Positions 52,875-63,533 are shown, counted from the stretch's first letter. The stretch is DNA of 64,000 nucleotides from a virus (IMGVR_UViG_3300028914_001625:1-64000); one strand, 5' to 3'. A program made the numbers and translations. Notes: generated from the sequence alone by a model not told the origin.

Positions 52875-53791
52875 TGCTTGGAAACGATTATAGAGACGAG
52901 TATCTTGCGGGCAAACACCCGCATAATCCTTATGATGACTGCCGTTTCGCGGAAGACAAAGTTGCTTACGCTAAGAAATGGTTGACTGAAATCAAAGGAA
53001 GAGACATCGACTTCGAGAACCCGCGTAACATCGTTGACGTCATTTGTAAGGAGAAGGTGGATTTGATTACAGCTCCTTACGAAAAGCTCCTGGAAAAGCA
53101 ACTATGGGCCGACAAAATCCTTGTTAGGGACCAATTGAAGAAGCTTGGAATTGAAAATGAACTGCCTTTGCCTCATAGCATCTACACAGGTCATCATACA
53201 TCTATTACTGACAAAGAGATGGACCTTATTTGGACAACGATGATGAATTGCAGTAAAAATTACGGCAGCAAATTCATTATCAAGACCAATCACGGGTCTG
53301 GATGGAATATGAAAGTTGACATCAACACGACTCCTAGAGAGTTTGTCCAGAAGCAGTTGAACGAATGGCTCAGTCTTAACTATGCTTACGTTTCAGGATA
53401 TGAAATTCAGTATAAGTTTATTCGGCCTGGCATCATCGTTCAACCGTTACTTGCTGAAGAGCTTATTGACTGGTCATTCTGGTGCGTGGACGGAGAAATT
53501 GAGTTCATCGGTCTGACGAAGAAATTCGGTAAGAACTTTGAAGAGTACATCGCTTGGACTGATAAAGATGGTAACAAGACGCATCACATTATCGGTACCT
53601 ATCCTGAGATGTACTTCTTACCGCCTACTATGAAAAAGACCATTGAAGAAATGAAACCTTATGTTCATGCTATCGCAAAACCGTTTAAGTTCGTAAGAGT
53701 TGACTTATACAGAGTCAATGGACAGAACTACTTCGGTGAAGCGACATTCACGCCTTGTTCTGGTGTACTTGATTATGTTGAGGTAAAATAA
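52874..53791 (+). CDS. Second TupA-like ATP-grasp protein
   Basis: DFENPRN, ADKILVR, IKTNHGSG, IIVQPLL, FWCVDGE, FVRVDLY...YFGEATFTP. Confidence 0.8.
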   Translation: MLGNDYRDEYLAGKHPHNPYDDCRFAEDKVAYAKKWLTEIKGRDIDFENPRNIVDVICKEKVDLITAPYEKLLEKQLWADKILVRDQLKKLGIENELPLPHSIYTGHHTSITDKEMDLIWTTMMNCSKNYGSKFIIKTNHGSGWNMKVDINTTPREFVQKQLNEWLSLNYAYVSGYEIQYKFIRPGIIVQPLLAEELIDWSFWCVDGEIEFIGLTKKFGKNFEEYIAWTDKDGNKTHHIIGTYPEMYFLPPTMKKTIEEMKPYVHAIAKPFKFVRVDLYRVNGQNYFGEATFTPCSGVLDYVEVK

Positions 53792-53815
53792 AAGGAGCTG
53801 CTTAGCAGCTCCTTT
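53791..53815. terminator. Bidirectional intrinsic terminator between convergent operons
   Basis: 11-bp aaaggagctgc/gcagctccttt stem. Confidence 0.8.
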
Positions 53816-53837
53816 GTTCTTTTATATTCACTTGCTA

Positions 53838-54290
53838 TTAAGCCCCAAGTGAATTATAGAATGTAATTATAGCGGCACAAAGATCCAATGCAGAAAGGTC
53901 ACGAGAGCTTGAATGACGAATAGTCTTATAAGCAATCGGTGAAGAATTTTCTGGTGTTGGGTCAAAGTGCTTAGCTTCAACAACAGCTTGGATCTGTTGG
54001 CAGGCACCGCGAAGTGTCTTTTCCCAGTTCTTAATCTGTTGTTTCATTTCTTTGAATTTCTTAGTCTTAGCACAGTCGTCCTTATATGCTTCAGTCACAG
54101 AAGTGATAAGTGACTTAGCCACCTCGACTTGTGGTTCAATAGCAAGACGAACGGCTTCACGAGGATCATTTGGTTCAGTTGACTCCTCATGTTCCATCGG
54201 AATATCGTCAGGTGAAGAAATAGGAATGTCTTCATCTTCGTTTATCTTTGCTACTTCATCAACGATACGATAAAATTCTTCTTTAAGCAT
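53838..54290 (-). CDS. Hypothetical protein
   Basis: ORF with a gagg SD. Confidence 0.65.
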   Translation of the reverse strand: MLKEEFYRIVDEVAKINEDEDIPISSPDDIPMEHEESTEPNDPREAVRLAIEPQVEVAKSLITSVTEAYKDDCAKTKKFKEMKQQIKNWEKTLRGACQQIQAVVEAKHFDPTPENSSPIAYKTIRHSSSRDLSALDLCAAIITFYNSLGA

Positions 54291-54307
54291 GTTAACCTCT
54301 AGTGTAT

Positions 54308-55747
54308 TTATTCGGCAGGCGTAATAAAGTAATTTCTAGCAAGAGTTACGATAGGCGGTGGGTAATCATATCGGCCAGGCTCCTGTGAATGAGATCTGTC
54401 GCATGTTTGGAGCCACTGCATACTCTTGCTTGATTGGTAGTTGTGTGTATGAACTGCACTGAATGATACCGTTGATTGTGATCCCCAGTCATAAGTTTCA
54501 AGGTCAGCAATCTTTTCATCAATGGTCATCTCTCTGTAAACCAAATCATGCCCTTGGCAAGACTGTTTTGTTGGGAAATAACCTGTGCCATCGCCCCAGA
54601 CCATAGAACCATCTTGATAATCTGTCGTTCCTGAAGGACCACCTGCATAATAGACGTATCTTGGCTGACCCGTGTGAGGCAGGATCTTAATCTGGATTGC
54701 ATCGCCCGCATAAGCTTTATTACGAAGCGTCAACTCATTCTGTGTAATGAGATAAACCATCTCGCCTATGTAAGCAGCGTTATCACCAGGCACGTAGCTG
54801 TTTGCTTTATAGTGTGGAAGGAACATAAAGTTTTTGTCCTTTATGTAGTAGACATCATTCTGAATCTTTCTTGCTTCCTTCTTAAGGTCATAGTACTTCA
54901 AATATCCATGACTTACTGGGTCAAAAGCACCACCACCGATTCGTGTACATCCTTTAACACCAATAGCAATCCAACCATTAGCGCCGTAATATGTTCTTGA
55001 GTTATGTGTGCTTTCAATGTATCTTGTCAAACCATCGCCACTAATGACTGACTCAAAGCCAAGATAAGCATCTTGATTAAAGTTAACCTGAAATTCAACT
55101 TCTTCATAATTGCTTAAGCTGCCACTTCTTGGAACGACGCTGAAACCTGCAGGTGCATTACAATTTTCAACTGACATGTCAGTTCTATGTGTGCCTTGTT
55201 GGTCCGACCATTTACCGCGTAATACTGGACTGTTAGTGCAGATTCGTCCGCAGTTTGTATGAAGATAGTAAGGAATATCGCCGTCTAAGTATGTAAATGT
55301 TTCAGGAACACCGTTAGCACTAAAGCAGCTATACATTTCCCAGTCACGAAAATAATCGTTATTCTTCATAGCGTCCCAGCAGTCTGAGATGTATCGTCTT
55401 ACAGATTCTTCATCACAACTCCAAGCGTTGTTGGTTGAAGTACTTCCAGGATATCCGTCATACATTTGCGGTGTAGACCAGTTATCAAACATGTAGTAGT
55501 CATCACTTGTAGCACGTCTATAAGAATAGAATGTGTTATCATTTTCATGCTTATACGCATTCTTAACGACCAAGCAGTTATCTTCTTTCTTTAGAAAATC
55601 AGCAAAATAGAAAGGATGATACTGAAGAGTATGCGATGTCCAACCACCAGTTGGGTGGTCGCCAACTATATCGTCATGGCCTCCAGTTTTGTGAATGACC
55701 ATTGCATCTACTGCTTTATTATTTTGTGTTTTCTTAAATTCTGCCAT
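54308..55747 (-). CDS. Putative tail-associated protein
   Basis: Tyr/Trp/Gly-rich ORF in the tail-fibre operon. Confidence 0.5.
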   Translation of the reverse strand: MAEFKKTQNNKAVDAMVIHKTGGHDDIVGDHPTGGWTSHTLQYHPFYFADFLKKEDNCLVVKNAYKHENDNTFYSYRRATSDDYYMFDNWSTPQMYDGYPGSTSTNNAWSCDEESVRRYISDCWDAMKNNDYFRDWEMYSCFSANGVPETFTYLDGDIPYYLHTNCGRICTNSPVLRGKWSDQQGTHRTDMSVENCNAPAGFSVVPRSGSLSNYEEVEFQVNFNQDAYLGFESVISGDGLTRYIESTHNSRTYYGANGWIAIGVKGCTRIGGGAFDPVSHGYLKYYDLKKEARKIQNDVYYIKDKNFMFLPHYKANSYVPGDNAAYIGEMVYLITQNELTLRNKAYAGDAIQIKILPHTGQPRYVYYAGGPSGTTDYQDGSMVWGDGTGYFPTKQSCQGHDLVYREMTIDEKIADLETYDWGSQSTVSFSAVHTHNYQSSKSMQWLQTCDRSHSQEPGRYDYPPPIVTLARNYFITPAE

Positions 55748-55758
55748 AATAAATTCAC

Positions 55759-57063
55759 TTAAATGAGATAGAAAGTATTGTCCTCAAGTGTAGATGGTAT
55801 TTCTGATACAACTTGTAATCTATGTCCAGCTAAAGCAATGTCATTAGCCTTTCGTGCATACATTTCGCAGCTAGGCGTAGAACTATCAGGATCTCTGAAA
55901 AGTTCAATATGAACAATTTCTGGAGCGCCATCATTATAAAGTGTTTTCAAAACATCTTTATAACCATCTCTAGTACTTATCTTAAATGCAGGCATAGCGC
56001 TTGTATGCATGAATTCTGTATCAGCATAAGCTGAGTATTCATTAAACCCAGTCTTAGACATGTACATGCTTAAAGTATTGTCTATTGTGCTCTTGTTATA
56101 GTAGTCTCCAAACTTTGTAGTCAACTGGCTGTTGCTTGATGTCTCTGTTTTCTTATAGTAGTCAGAAGAACAAGATTTAGGCCAGTATGTAGCTGCTGCA
56201 TCGGTCTTAGTCAAATAAAAGTTAAGTTCAGTTTTATCAGCCTTTGCTGCAATCATCGTGTTGATTTCAGCAGTCGAGTAATAAGCAGGCATAGAACCTA
56301 CAACGGTGAACGAATCAAATGGCACATCGCCAGTAGTCTTCTTATTACCAGTATACTTATAGTAAGTCATTTGGTCTTGGTTATCGCCGCCGCTCAAAAC
56401 CTTAATGATAGCGTTTCTTGTAAGAACGCCGCCGGCAGGAATATGGTAAGGACTAATATCAGATACATGACCTACAACGTCAGCAACGTCAGAGCCTGCA
56501 TCAATAGCGTCAATCTGGCTCTGAAGATCTGCACTTGCTGATTTAAGTCCACCAATATCAGAAGTATGCGTTGTAAGCGTAGATGCTACATCAGCACTCC
56601 ATGTATTGATTCCATTTCTCCAACCGTTTATGTCAGTTCTGAACTCAGAGAACTGTCCTGAAACATACTCGATCTTTGGGTTATATTCGTTCTGTGCAGT
56701 TGTCAATGCATAAGCACTGCATGCTCTTGCATAAGCAGAAAGATCTGTATCTCCTTGGATTCTAGCATTCTTTTCTGTTATGATAGCGTTATCCAAGTAT
56801 GCGCTTGCTTCATTGAGTTGCTGAACAATCGCATTGTCATAATTTTCTCTAGCAGTTGCTTCGTCAGTAATAGCCTGTCTCAAAGCAGCAGCAGATGCAA
56901 CAAGTTTTCCTTCAAGTGCATCGATGAACATACCTAACTGTTCATCATTACCGTTAAGAACGTCAAATGTATTACGCTGCATCCACTGGCCGTCAGCTAC
57001 AGTGCTGCGGTGCCATCTAGCAGGCTCATGCTGTTGGATATATTCTTGTGCATCATTTGCCAT
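55759..57063 (-). CDS. Putative tail fibre protein (coiled coil)
   Basis: EATAR/EKNAR..GD heptads, YYxKxE repeats, C-terminal QVVSEIP..DNTFYLI. Confidence 0.6.
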   Translation of the reverse strand: MANDAQEYIQQHEPARWHRSTVADGQWMQRNTFDVLNGNDEQLGMFIDALEGKLVASAAALRQAITDEATARENYDNAIVQQLNEASAYLDNAIITEKNARIQGDTDLSAYARACSAYALTTAQNEYNPKIEYVSGQFSEFRTDINGWRNGINTWSADVASTLTTHTSDIGGLKSASADLQSQIDAIDAGSDVADVVGHVSDISPYHIPAGGVLTRNAIIKVLSGGDNQDQMTYYKYTGNKKTTGDVPFDSFTVVGSMPAYYSTAEINTMIAAKADKTELNFYLTKTDAAATYWPKSCSSDYYKKTETSSNSQLTTKFGDYYNKSTIDNTLSMYMSKTGFNEYSAYADTEFMHTSAMPAFKISTRDGYKDVLKTLYNDGAPEIVHIELFRDPDSSTPSCEMYARKANDIALAGHRLQVVSEIPSTLEDNTFYLI

Positions 57064-57080
57064 AATCTTTTACCTCTAGA

Positions 57081-57719
57081 TTATTTATCTTCTTCAGCGG
57101 TATAGAAGAAGTCCTCGGAAGTTGCGTAAGTAATCGCATCAGCTGCATCAAGCATGTCTTCATACTTTTGAAGTCTTTCAGGTGTTAAGAATGAGTCAGG
57201 CTCAACTGTCTTAAGCACCATCTTTGCTTCACGGAATGAACCTGTCTGTACTAAAGCAATTACAGTCAAGAGCTTTTGAGCAATCTCAAGTGGTGTGATA
57301 TCCTTGAAGTCTGTAAAGATACATTCTTCACGGAACAATGAAATGAATTCATTACCGATGTTGATGTTATACTCGACTTCACCAGCAACGCCGTCTATAG
57401 AATTTAAGCGTGTTACGTTATTATTATACTCAACTTCAAAACGATACTTATCAACTGGCTTACCCATAAAGTCAAGTACTTCATGTTCTTCATAATCTAC
57501 AAGAACATCCGGTGCATATTTTATCCAGAACTCTTTAGAGTTATATGCACATTTTCCGTCAACATAAACAATGCGTGAAATGTATTTCATATCAAGATCC
57601 TGTGTTATGAAAAAATCTTCTTCTTTGTAGGTTGAATTTTCAATCCAATCTTTTGCTTGTTTTAGATTACCAAACTGTCCTTGTAATAGCCAGTTGCTTT
57701 TCTTTATAACAAAAATCAT
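57081..57719 (-). CDS. Putative tail-associated or chaperone protein
   Basis: Position in the fibre operon only. Confidence 0.4.
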   Translation of the reverse strand: MIFVIKKSNWLLQGQFGNLKQAKDWIENSTYKEEDFFITQDLDMKYISRIVYVDGKCAYNSKEFWIKYAPDVLVDYEEHEVLDFMGKPVDKYRFEVEYNNNVTRLNSIDGVAGEVEYNINIGNEFISLFREECIFTDFKDITPLEIAQKLLTVIALVQTGSFREAKMVLKTVEPDSFLTPERLQKYEDMLDAADAITYATSEDFFYTAEEDK

Positions 57720-58378
57720 ACTTGTACTCCATTTACCTCGGCTTTAATTTTATGATCATTATGGCTAGTTAACATGGATAATATATTAGTGTTTTGTTGT
57801 AAATAATAATCTTCACCGATAAATTCAGCATAATCTCCAGTTGCATTAGAATATACTAGTGGGACCCAATAATCACTTGTATATGCTGTACCGAAATAGA
57901 TATAATAATCTGTTCCTTCTTCAACAGGTATATTTAAATTATCTTTATATAATGTATATACTGTTTTACTAGTGCCATTTACTATTAATGTATCAGTGGA
58001 ATACGAAGGACTAACACCCTGATGCATCTCGTAAATAGTATCTCCTGTCGATGCGTTTAAAATTTTTATTACTTCATTATAATTATTATGATCAGAATTT
58101 GACCATAATTTTAAACTTGTAATTGATGATGAAGTTGCATGATATTTAAATAAAATTTTCTGCGATGTATTAAACGCATCACTATATTCATCACCTCCAG
58201 GTGAATGATCTCTTTTCCAAACCAATTTAGCAGTCACACCATCTGGACACCAATATACTTCTTTTACACTTCTGCTAACATTATTGTGATCTCGCCAGTA
58301 TATGTTTCTTACAAGTTTTGATGTAAGAGTAGAATCTGGCGCTACCAGAACGATGTTATCCAAATCACCAGCTGCCAT
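57716..58378 (-). CDS. Putative receptor-binding or tail-tip module, AT-rich
   Basis: N-terminal VRNIYW...VKEVYW...KLVW motif; visibly lower GC than flanks. Confidence 0.45.
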   Translation of the reverse strand: MAAGDLDNIVLVAPDSTLTSKLVRNIYWRDHNNVSRSVKEVYWCPDGVTAKLVWKRDHSPGGDEYSDAFNTSQKILFKYHATSSSITSLKLWSNSDHNNYNEVIKILNASTGDTIYEMHQGVSPSYSTDTLIVNGTSKTVYTLYKDNLNIPVEEGTDYYIYFGTAYTSDYWVPLVYSNATGDYAEFIGEDYYLQQNTNILSMLTSHNDHKIKAEVNGVQV

Positions 58379-58380
58379 TA

Positions 58381-60456
58381 TTATACCTCATAAACAAAAT
58401 AGTAAGTATTAGGAGTCAAAGTGACATTATTCATATCAGTGCAGTTAACGAATCCAGCACCGATAGTGAACTGGCCATCCGCATTCTTTGCGATTAAGTA
58501 GTTAGGACCAGATACCAAGTTTGCATTGCCAGATGTTGTCATCGCATCGCAAGATGATTTAGTCGGGTTAAGAATTTGTGTTTCCGGACAGTCATTTCCA
58601 TTATTCTTTGCTCGAGCAAAAAGCTGTCCTTTATTAGTTGGAGTAAATTCTACTTGCATTTCATTGTTAGAATTTAAATCACCAACATTTCCACCTTGTG
58701 TATATTTTAAGAAACCACGATACATGCCAGGACCGCCAACGCCCATCCAAGTAGTACCCATTGCAGTGTTATTCTGTCCAAAGTTTGCCTCGGACTGTCT
58801 TGATGCACCGACTAATGAAGCAGCTGATGCAACAGCAAGGATGTTCTGACCGGTTGCAGCACTAAAGTTTGTTCTTCCTGTTACAGTTCCACCAGAAAGC
58901 GGCAAGTAGTCACCACCGCTTTGAATCTCCGTCCAAGCGTGTGTATCATAATCCCAACCATATTGTTTAGTAGCAGCCATGCCAGTTTCATCGATGCCAA
59001 ACAAGTTTCCAGCACCAGAAGCACCGATACCAGAGAATGCATGCTGTGCTGAGTTACAATGAACATATTTAATTGCTGCATGTATTTCATCAGCAATTAA
59101 CCCATCTAAACCTATCTGTGTAGTAGCACCATTACCGCTTATAGTAGTTCCGTCAGTACTTACTGTCTTTAAGAAGTCACTTGAAGCAGTCTTGTATGCT
59201 AAAGCAACATTGTATGCTTCTTCCCAATGATCTGTATAAGTCTTCTTCAAACCGAGAGCATTCTGGAAAGTACCATTACCTGAGAAGAATGTTGTGTCAG
59301 GTGTAATTGGAAGTTCTGACTGCAACTGGACCCACGAGTTATCTCGCCAGCCGTAATAAGCACCAGCAATAGTTGATGCTGGTTTCTTTACGAAGTCACC
59401 TGATGCATTCACATAAGCATTAGCAATTTCCTTTGCAGAATCCCAAGCATCAGTAAATGACTTCTTAATGCCGATAGCGTTATTAGTAGTGCCATCACCA
59501 GAAAGGTATGTATTATCAACTTCAACTTGATACATGCCTTCTTCCAATTCAGCCCAACCTGTGCTCTTCATCACATACTGCTTACCAGCTTCAACGCCTT
59601 CCATCGTGATGAAGTCGCCAGATGTACTATCCCAAATTGTCTTATCAAGTTTTGCTGATACATCATTCCAACCTGCGGAAGCGGCTGCAAGAACAGGCAC
59701 TTTTGCCAAAGCTGTTTGTGTATCTGTATCAAGCGCTACATTAAAGTTATCGCCTGTTCTTACAACATCAATGCCGGTACCTTCTGAAACGGTAAAGCTA
59801 GCGCCTTCTCCGTTAGTACCATTATAAATGTTTATGCTTTCCGTCTGGCCTCCTTCTGGACCATACTGGAATGTAAGTTTATAACCACCACGACTATCTA
59901 CAGATGTCGGAATAACTTCAGCACTTACAGTAGGTGAGAAACCATCAGTACCATTATTACCCGAAGTAATCAAGTCAAGATTTTTCCAACCTTGTTCGCC
60001 TTCACCAACATATTCCCACTGGAACATCGAGTCGGTTTCACGAACTCTGAATGTAGGTGTTCTACCAGCTTCACCGCGTTCACCTTCAGGTCCCTGAGAA
60101 CCAGATGTAATCATACCTGTATCAGTCCAACCAGATGTAGCATCTTCATACTTCCAAAGGAAATGAGAATTTTCTGGGTCAATACTGATAACTGGTGTTC
60201 TACCATTTACACCATCAGCACCAGGGTCACCGTCTTGTCCTCTAACAACATATTCATCAGGAGTAGAAACGCTCTTGCTTAATGTCCAGGACATTCTACC
60301 ATTTGCGTCCACACTTGGTCGCCAGTATGAATAGTCGCTATATCCAGCTGAGATAATAGGATAAAGCGTTTCACGAATTACGTCTATCTCCTCAGGAGAC
60401 AAATCGTAAGAATGATTTGTTAAAATCTTATTAAAAGAATTAAGTCTTGTGCTCAT
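58381..60456 (-). CDS. Tail fibre-like protein with short collagen-like segments
   Basis: GQDGDPGADGVNGRTP, GSQGPEGERGEAGRTP, repeated T.SG.GT..GL units. Confidence 0.65.
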   Translation of the reverse strand: MSTRLNSFNKILTNHSYDLSPEEIDVIRETLYPIISAGYSDYSYWRPSVDANGRMSWTLSKSVSTPDEYVVRGQDGDPGADGVNGRTPVISIDPENSHFLWKYEDATSGWTDTGMITSGSQGPEGERGEAGRTPTFRVRETDSMFQWEYVGEGEQGWKNLDLITSGNNGTDGFSPTVSAEVIPTSVDSRGGYKLTFQYGPEGGQTESINIYNGTNGEGASFTVSEGTGIDVVRTGDNFNVALDTDTQTALAKVPVLAAASAGWNDVSAKLDKTIWDSTSGDFITMEGVEAGKQYVMKSTGWAELEEGMYQVEVDNTYLSGDGTTNNAIGIKKSFTDAWDSAKEIANAYVNASGDFVKKPASTIAGAYYGWRDNSWVQLQSELPITPDTTFFSGNGTFQNALGLKKTYTDHWEEAYNVALAYKTASSDFLKTVSTDGTTISGNGATTQIGLDGLIADEIHAAIKYVHCNSAQHAFSGIGASGAGNLFGIDETGMAATKQYGWDYDTHAWTEIQSGGDYLPLSGGTVTGRTNFSAATGQNILAVASAASLVGASRQSEANFGQNNTAMGTTWMGVGGPGMYRGFLKYTQGGNVGDLNSNNEMQVEFTPTNKGQLFARAKNNGNDCPETQILNPTKSSCDAMTTSGNANLVSGPNYLIAKNADGQFTIGAGFVNCTDMNNVTLTPNTYYFVYEV

Positions 60457-60472
60457 GTTTCAATCCTTTATC

Positions 60473-63400
60473 TTAAACTGTCTTAACGCGGTTTCTTATC
60501 TGCATGAAGAATCTTGGAACCTCTGGGAGCTCGTGGAAGTTATAGTCACCAGCCCATGAACCCCAACCAAAATTGTTGAATGACAAGTCATTCATGTCGT
60601 TAGGCCATGAATCTTTACCTTTAATGTAATGTCCAGTCTGCAAATAACCACCAATGTTAGCTTGGTCAAGTGTCAACTGAGGTACTGCATTGAATGTATT
60701 ATTCTGTCCATAACCCGGGCAAGATGCAAGCAAAATGTTGCTTCCAGAATCAACAGGAACATAAATAGCAGCATAATACAAGCAACCAGATTTAAGTTCT
60801 TTATCAGTCTCACCCAAATTGTTGAAGTGCTTGATAGTAAATTCATTTAAGCCTTGCTTAAGGTTGACAGGACCAGTATCACATTTAGGAACGGTACGTC
60901 CCCATTCATGTGTTTGTTCATTATAGTAAGATGGGTCATATTCATATAGACCGAGGATGATATTTGACTGATCCCAAACTTGCTTACTATAAACACCTAT
61001 AACCGATTCATAATCTTGGCTATCATTAGGTCCGTAAAGTGTGCTGTTAATCGGCACAGCGAACAAGAATCCAAGGAGAACACCTGAATGAGTTGTGCTG
61101 CCTTGGTTAGCAAAATCAGTTACGCCTGCAATGTTAGCATAGTCAAAGTTAACAGTTACCTTTGTCTGAAGGTCACTTTCCATCTTCTGAACTTCCTGAA
61201 TAACTTCTTCAGTTACTTCGTTAAGTTCAAGAGTACCTTCAAGAGCTCCAGATTCAATGATCTTTAAACCATTACCGGCCTTAACCCTTAATGTGTTAGT
61301 TGCTTGGTCAATCTCAAGACCGCCACCAGCATTAACATTGATAGAGTTAGTGTCAGGCGAGATGGAAATTGCTTCACCATCAATGTAGGTTGTTCCAGCG
61401 CCGCCTATAAGTTGTGCGATAGATGTTATCTGTTCATGAATGTTGATGTTCTGAATTTCATAATCAGTTCTAACGCCTGCAGGTAAACCAGTGACTGAAA
61501 TACCAAACTTCTTTCTGCTATCAATCTTTACGTCAAATGAAAGTTCAATAGTCTCAGTGTGCTGGTAAGTGTTTTCAACTTCACGTGTTACAGTAGGACG
61601 CTGCAAAACAGTGCTTCCAATCTTTGGAGCAACTTGAATTGTGTAATTACCAACCGCGTCATCATAGATGTTAGCAGGAACGACAATGTTGACCTGTGTA
61701 TCAATGTGGAAGATACCTGGGTTAAGGTAAATCTCGTTGGTTGTAGTGTCATACTCAATAGTGTCGCCATAAAGCTCAGACTTGTTGTAATAGTTTTCAC
61801 CATCATTAAGCATCTGATAGAATCTACCGAATGAAACGACGGCATCAGAAAGACCAATTACCCATTCACCAGTTTCTTCATTCTTTTCAGCGCTAATACC
61901 ACGATGTGCTGAAATTTGAGTTACATCACCAGGTTCAACGTGAAGTGTATACTTGTATGTACCATCTTGAAGTATTTCTCTGTCAATGTCAACAGTTTCG
62001 TCTGCTGAAAGAACGGTATTATGGAAACCGCTTACTGCAGAAGTCAAAGCATAAGGCTTAAGAGCTTCTTCAAGTTCATGTTCATCTACAAAGTCGCCGC
62101 TGAACGATACGATATGATTTTCAATTTTGATACCGTCTGCACCAGAATATCCCTGAAGATCCCAATTAGCACTTGCTGCACTTGAGATGAAATTCTGTTC
62201 AACCCATTCTTCTGAAGCAAGTCCTTCAAGGTCTTCAGTCTTTGCATACTTTGCGAATTCTTCAGAAAGCTGGTCTGCAGCGCTTGTATTATCTTTGGTA
62301 TAACGATTATCGAGCGCAGAAGCAATATCAGCGCTATAAGCGTTAAAATCAGTTTTATCAAGTTTGGCACTTACTTCATTCCAATTGCCTGAGAAGTTGC
62401 TTACCAATCTATAAGCCTCGTTCCAATCTGCGCTTGCAGTCTTGAACGGTTCAATAGACTGTTCAGTAAGGAATGTGCCATTTGCCCAAGCAGAAGTTAA
62501 ACGGAACTGTTCATTTACATCCGCAGTCTTTGCGTAAGGCACAAGAGCAGCGCTTGTAATGAACTTGCCGTTTGCCCATGCTGAGATTTCTTCTGCTTTA
62601 TCAGTCAATTCTTGCTTTGTAGCATAGTCGCCTTTCAACTGATATCTTGTATCTGCTTCTGCAGAAGTAATGAAGTCTTCAATCTTCTGGTCAATCGTTG
62701 ACTTATTGTAATAGTCGTCAAGAGCATTTGCCGAAAGGTAATCTCCCTTCGGTTGATAGTTAGCGCTTACCCATGACTGCTTAGCATATTGGGTGATTCT
62801 TGCGTCCCATTCATCTTCAGTAACATAGTCTTCAAGTTCAAGCGATGTGGTGCCAATACAAACCCAATCATTGCTCAACCAAATCCATTCTGAATAGTTG
62901 TCTTTTCTGCTATCAGATTCTTTTGTCAAGAAGATGTACTTACCGCGTTCAGCAACAGGCACATCAGTTTCTGGCTTCTGTGTCTGTGGGTTATATGTAG
63001 CGAGCTTATATCCACCAAGTTGAGAGATGAGATGTTCTACTTCTTCCTTGGTATAATAATTTTCTGCAAGAGTGTTGCTGAGTGCTTGAAGTTCTTCAGG
63101 TGTAGCGAACCAAGTACCGATAATCTTAATCTTATGGTTACTGTCTACATCAATCTTTTGACCGTCACCTGAGTAAGGAGTAACATCCCAGTTCTGTGTT
63201 CTTGAATTGAACTGAGCGTTAGTCATGTAGTCACCAGCTGGCTGATAATCGCCTTTAGGCTGGAATCTTTGGTCAGAAACTGTCTTACTGTAATAATTTT
63301 CATTGACCCAAGGCTTTGTAGCATAGTCTCCAGACGGTGCTGTGCGAGCAAAGTTTTGGTCAACCCAAGCAGAAGTTGCAAGATCATTGAAATTCTTCAC

Positions 63401-63496
63401 GCCAAGTGGACTTGCGGAAGTACCGTTACCTGACAATGAAACAGTGTCAGTCTTAGCAGGTCCTATCGCTAAAATTTTACCTTCGTGTACAAGCAT
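60473..63496 (-). CDS. Long tail fibre-like protein (1007 aa)
   Basis: SLSGNGTSASPLGV, QPKGDY x3, repeated SAW motifs, AG.GL.I repeats. Confidence 0.65.
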   Translation of the reverse strand: MLVHEGKILAIGPAKTDTVSLSGNGTSASPLGVKNFNDLATSAWVDQNFARTAPSGDYATKPWVNENYYSKTVSDQRFQPKGDYQPAGDYMTNAQFNSRTQNWDVTPYSGDGQKIDVDSNHKIKIIGTWFATPEELQALSNTLAENYYTKEEVEHLISQLGGYKLATYNPQTQKPETDVPVAERGKYIFLTKESDSRKDNYSEWIWLSNDWVCIGTTSLELEDYVTEDEWDARITQYAKQSWVSANYQPKGDYLSANALDDYYNKSTIDQKIEDFITSAEADTRYQLKGDYATKQELTDKAEEISAWANGKFITSAALVPYAKTADVNEQFRLTSAWANGTFLTEQSIEPFKTASADWNEAYRLVSNFSGNWNEVSAKLDKTDFNAYSADIASALDNRYTKDNTSAADQLSEEFAKYAKTEDLEGLASEEWVEQNFISSAASANWDLQGYSGADGIKIENHIVSFSGDFVDEHELEEALKPYALTSAVSGFHNTVLSADETVDIDREILQDGTYKYTLHVEPGDVTQISAHRGISAEKNEETGEWVIGLSDAVVSFGRFYQMLNDGENYYNKSELYGDTIEYDTTTNEIYLNPGIFHIDTQVNIVVPANIYDDAVGNYTIQVAPKIGSTVLQRPTVTREVENTYQHTETIELSFDVKIDSRKKFGISVTGLPAGVRTDYEIQNINIHEQITSIAQLIGGAGTTYIDGEAISISPDTNSINVNAGGGLEIDQATNTLRVKAGNGLKIIESGALEGTLELNEVTEEVIQEVQKMESDLQTKVTVNFDYANIAGVTDFANQGSTTHSGVLLGFLFAVPINSTLYGPNDSQDYESVIGVYSKQVWDQSNIILGLYEYDPSYYNEQTHEWGRTVPKCDTGPVNLKQGLNEFTIKHFNNLGETDKELKSGCLYYAAIYVPVDSGSNILLASCPGYGQNNTFNAVPQLTLDQANIGGYLQTGHYIKGKDSWPNDMNDLSFNNFGWGSWAGDYNFHELPEVPRFFMQIRNRVKTV

Positions 63497-63533
63497 GAAA
63501 ACCTCTTGAAGCAGATATAAATTCTATTTTTAG

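Noticed and set aside
45634-57089. ATAAATA motifs at 45634, 54305 and 57082 as late promoters
   Set aside because: They overlap or adjoin stop codons (for example GAT AAA TAA) or directly abut the ATG, so they may be coincidental. Not listed as features.
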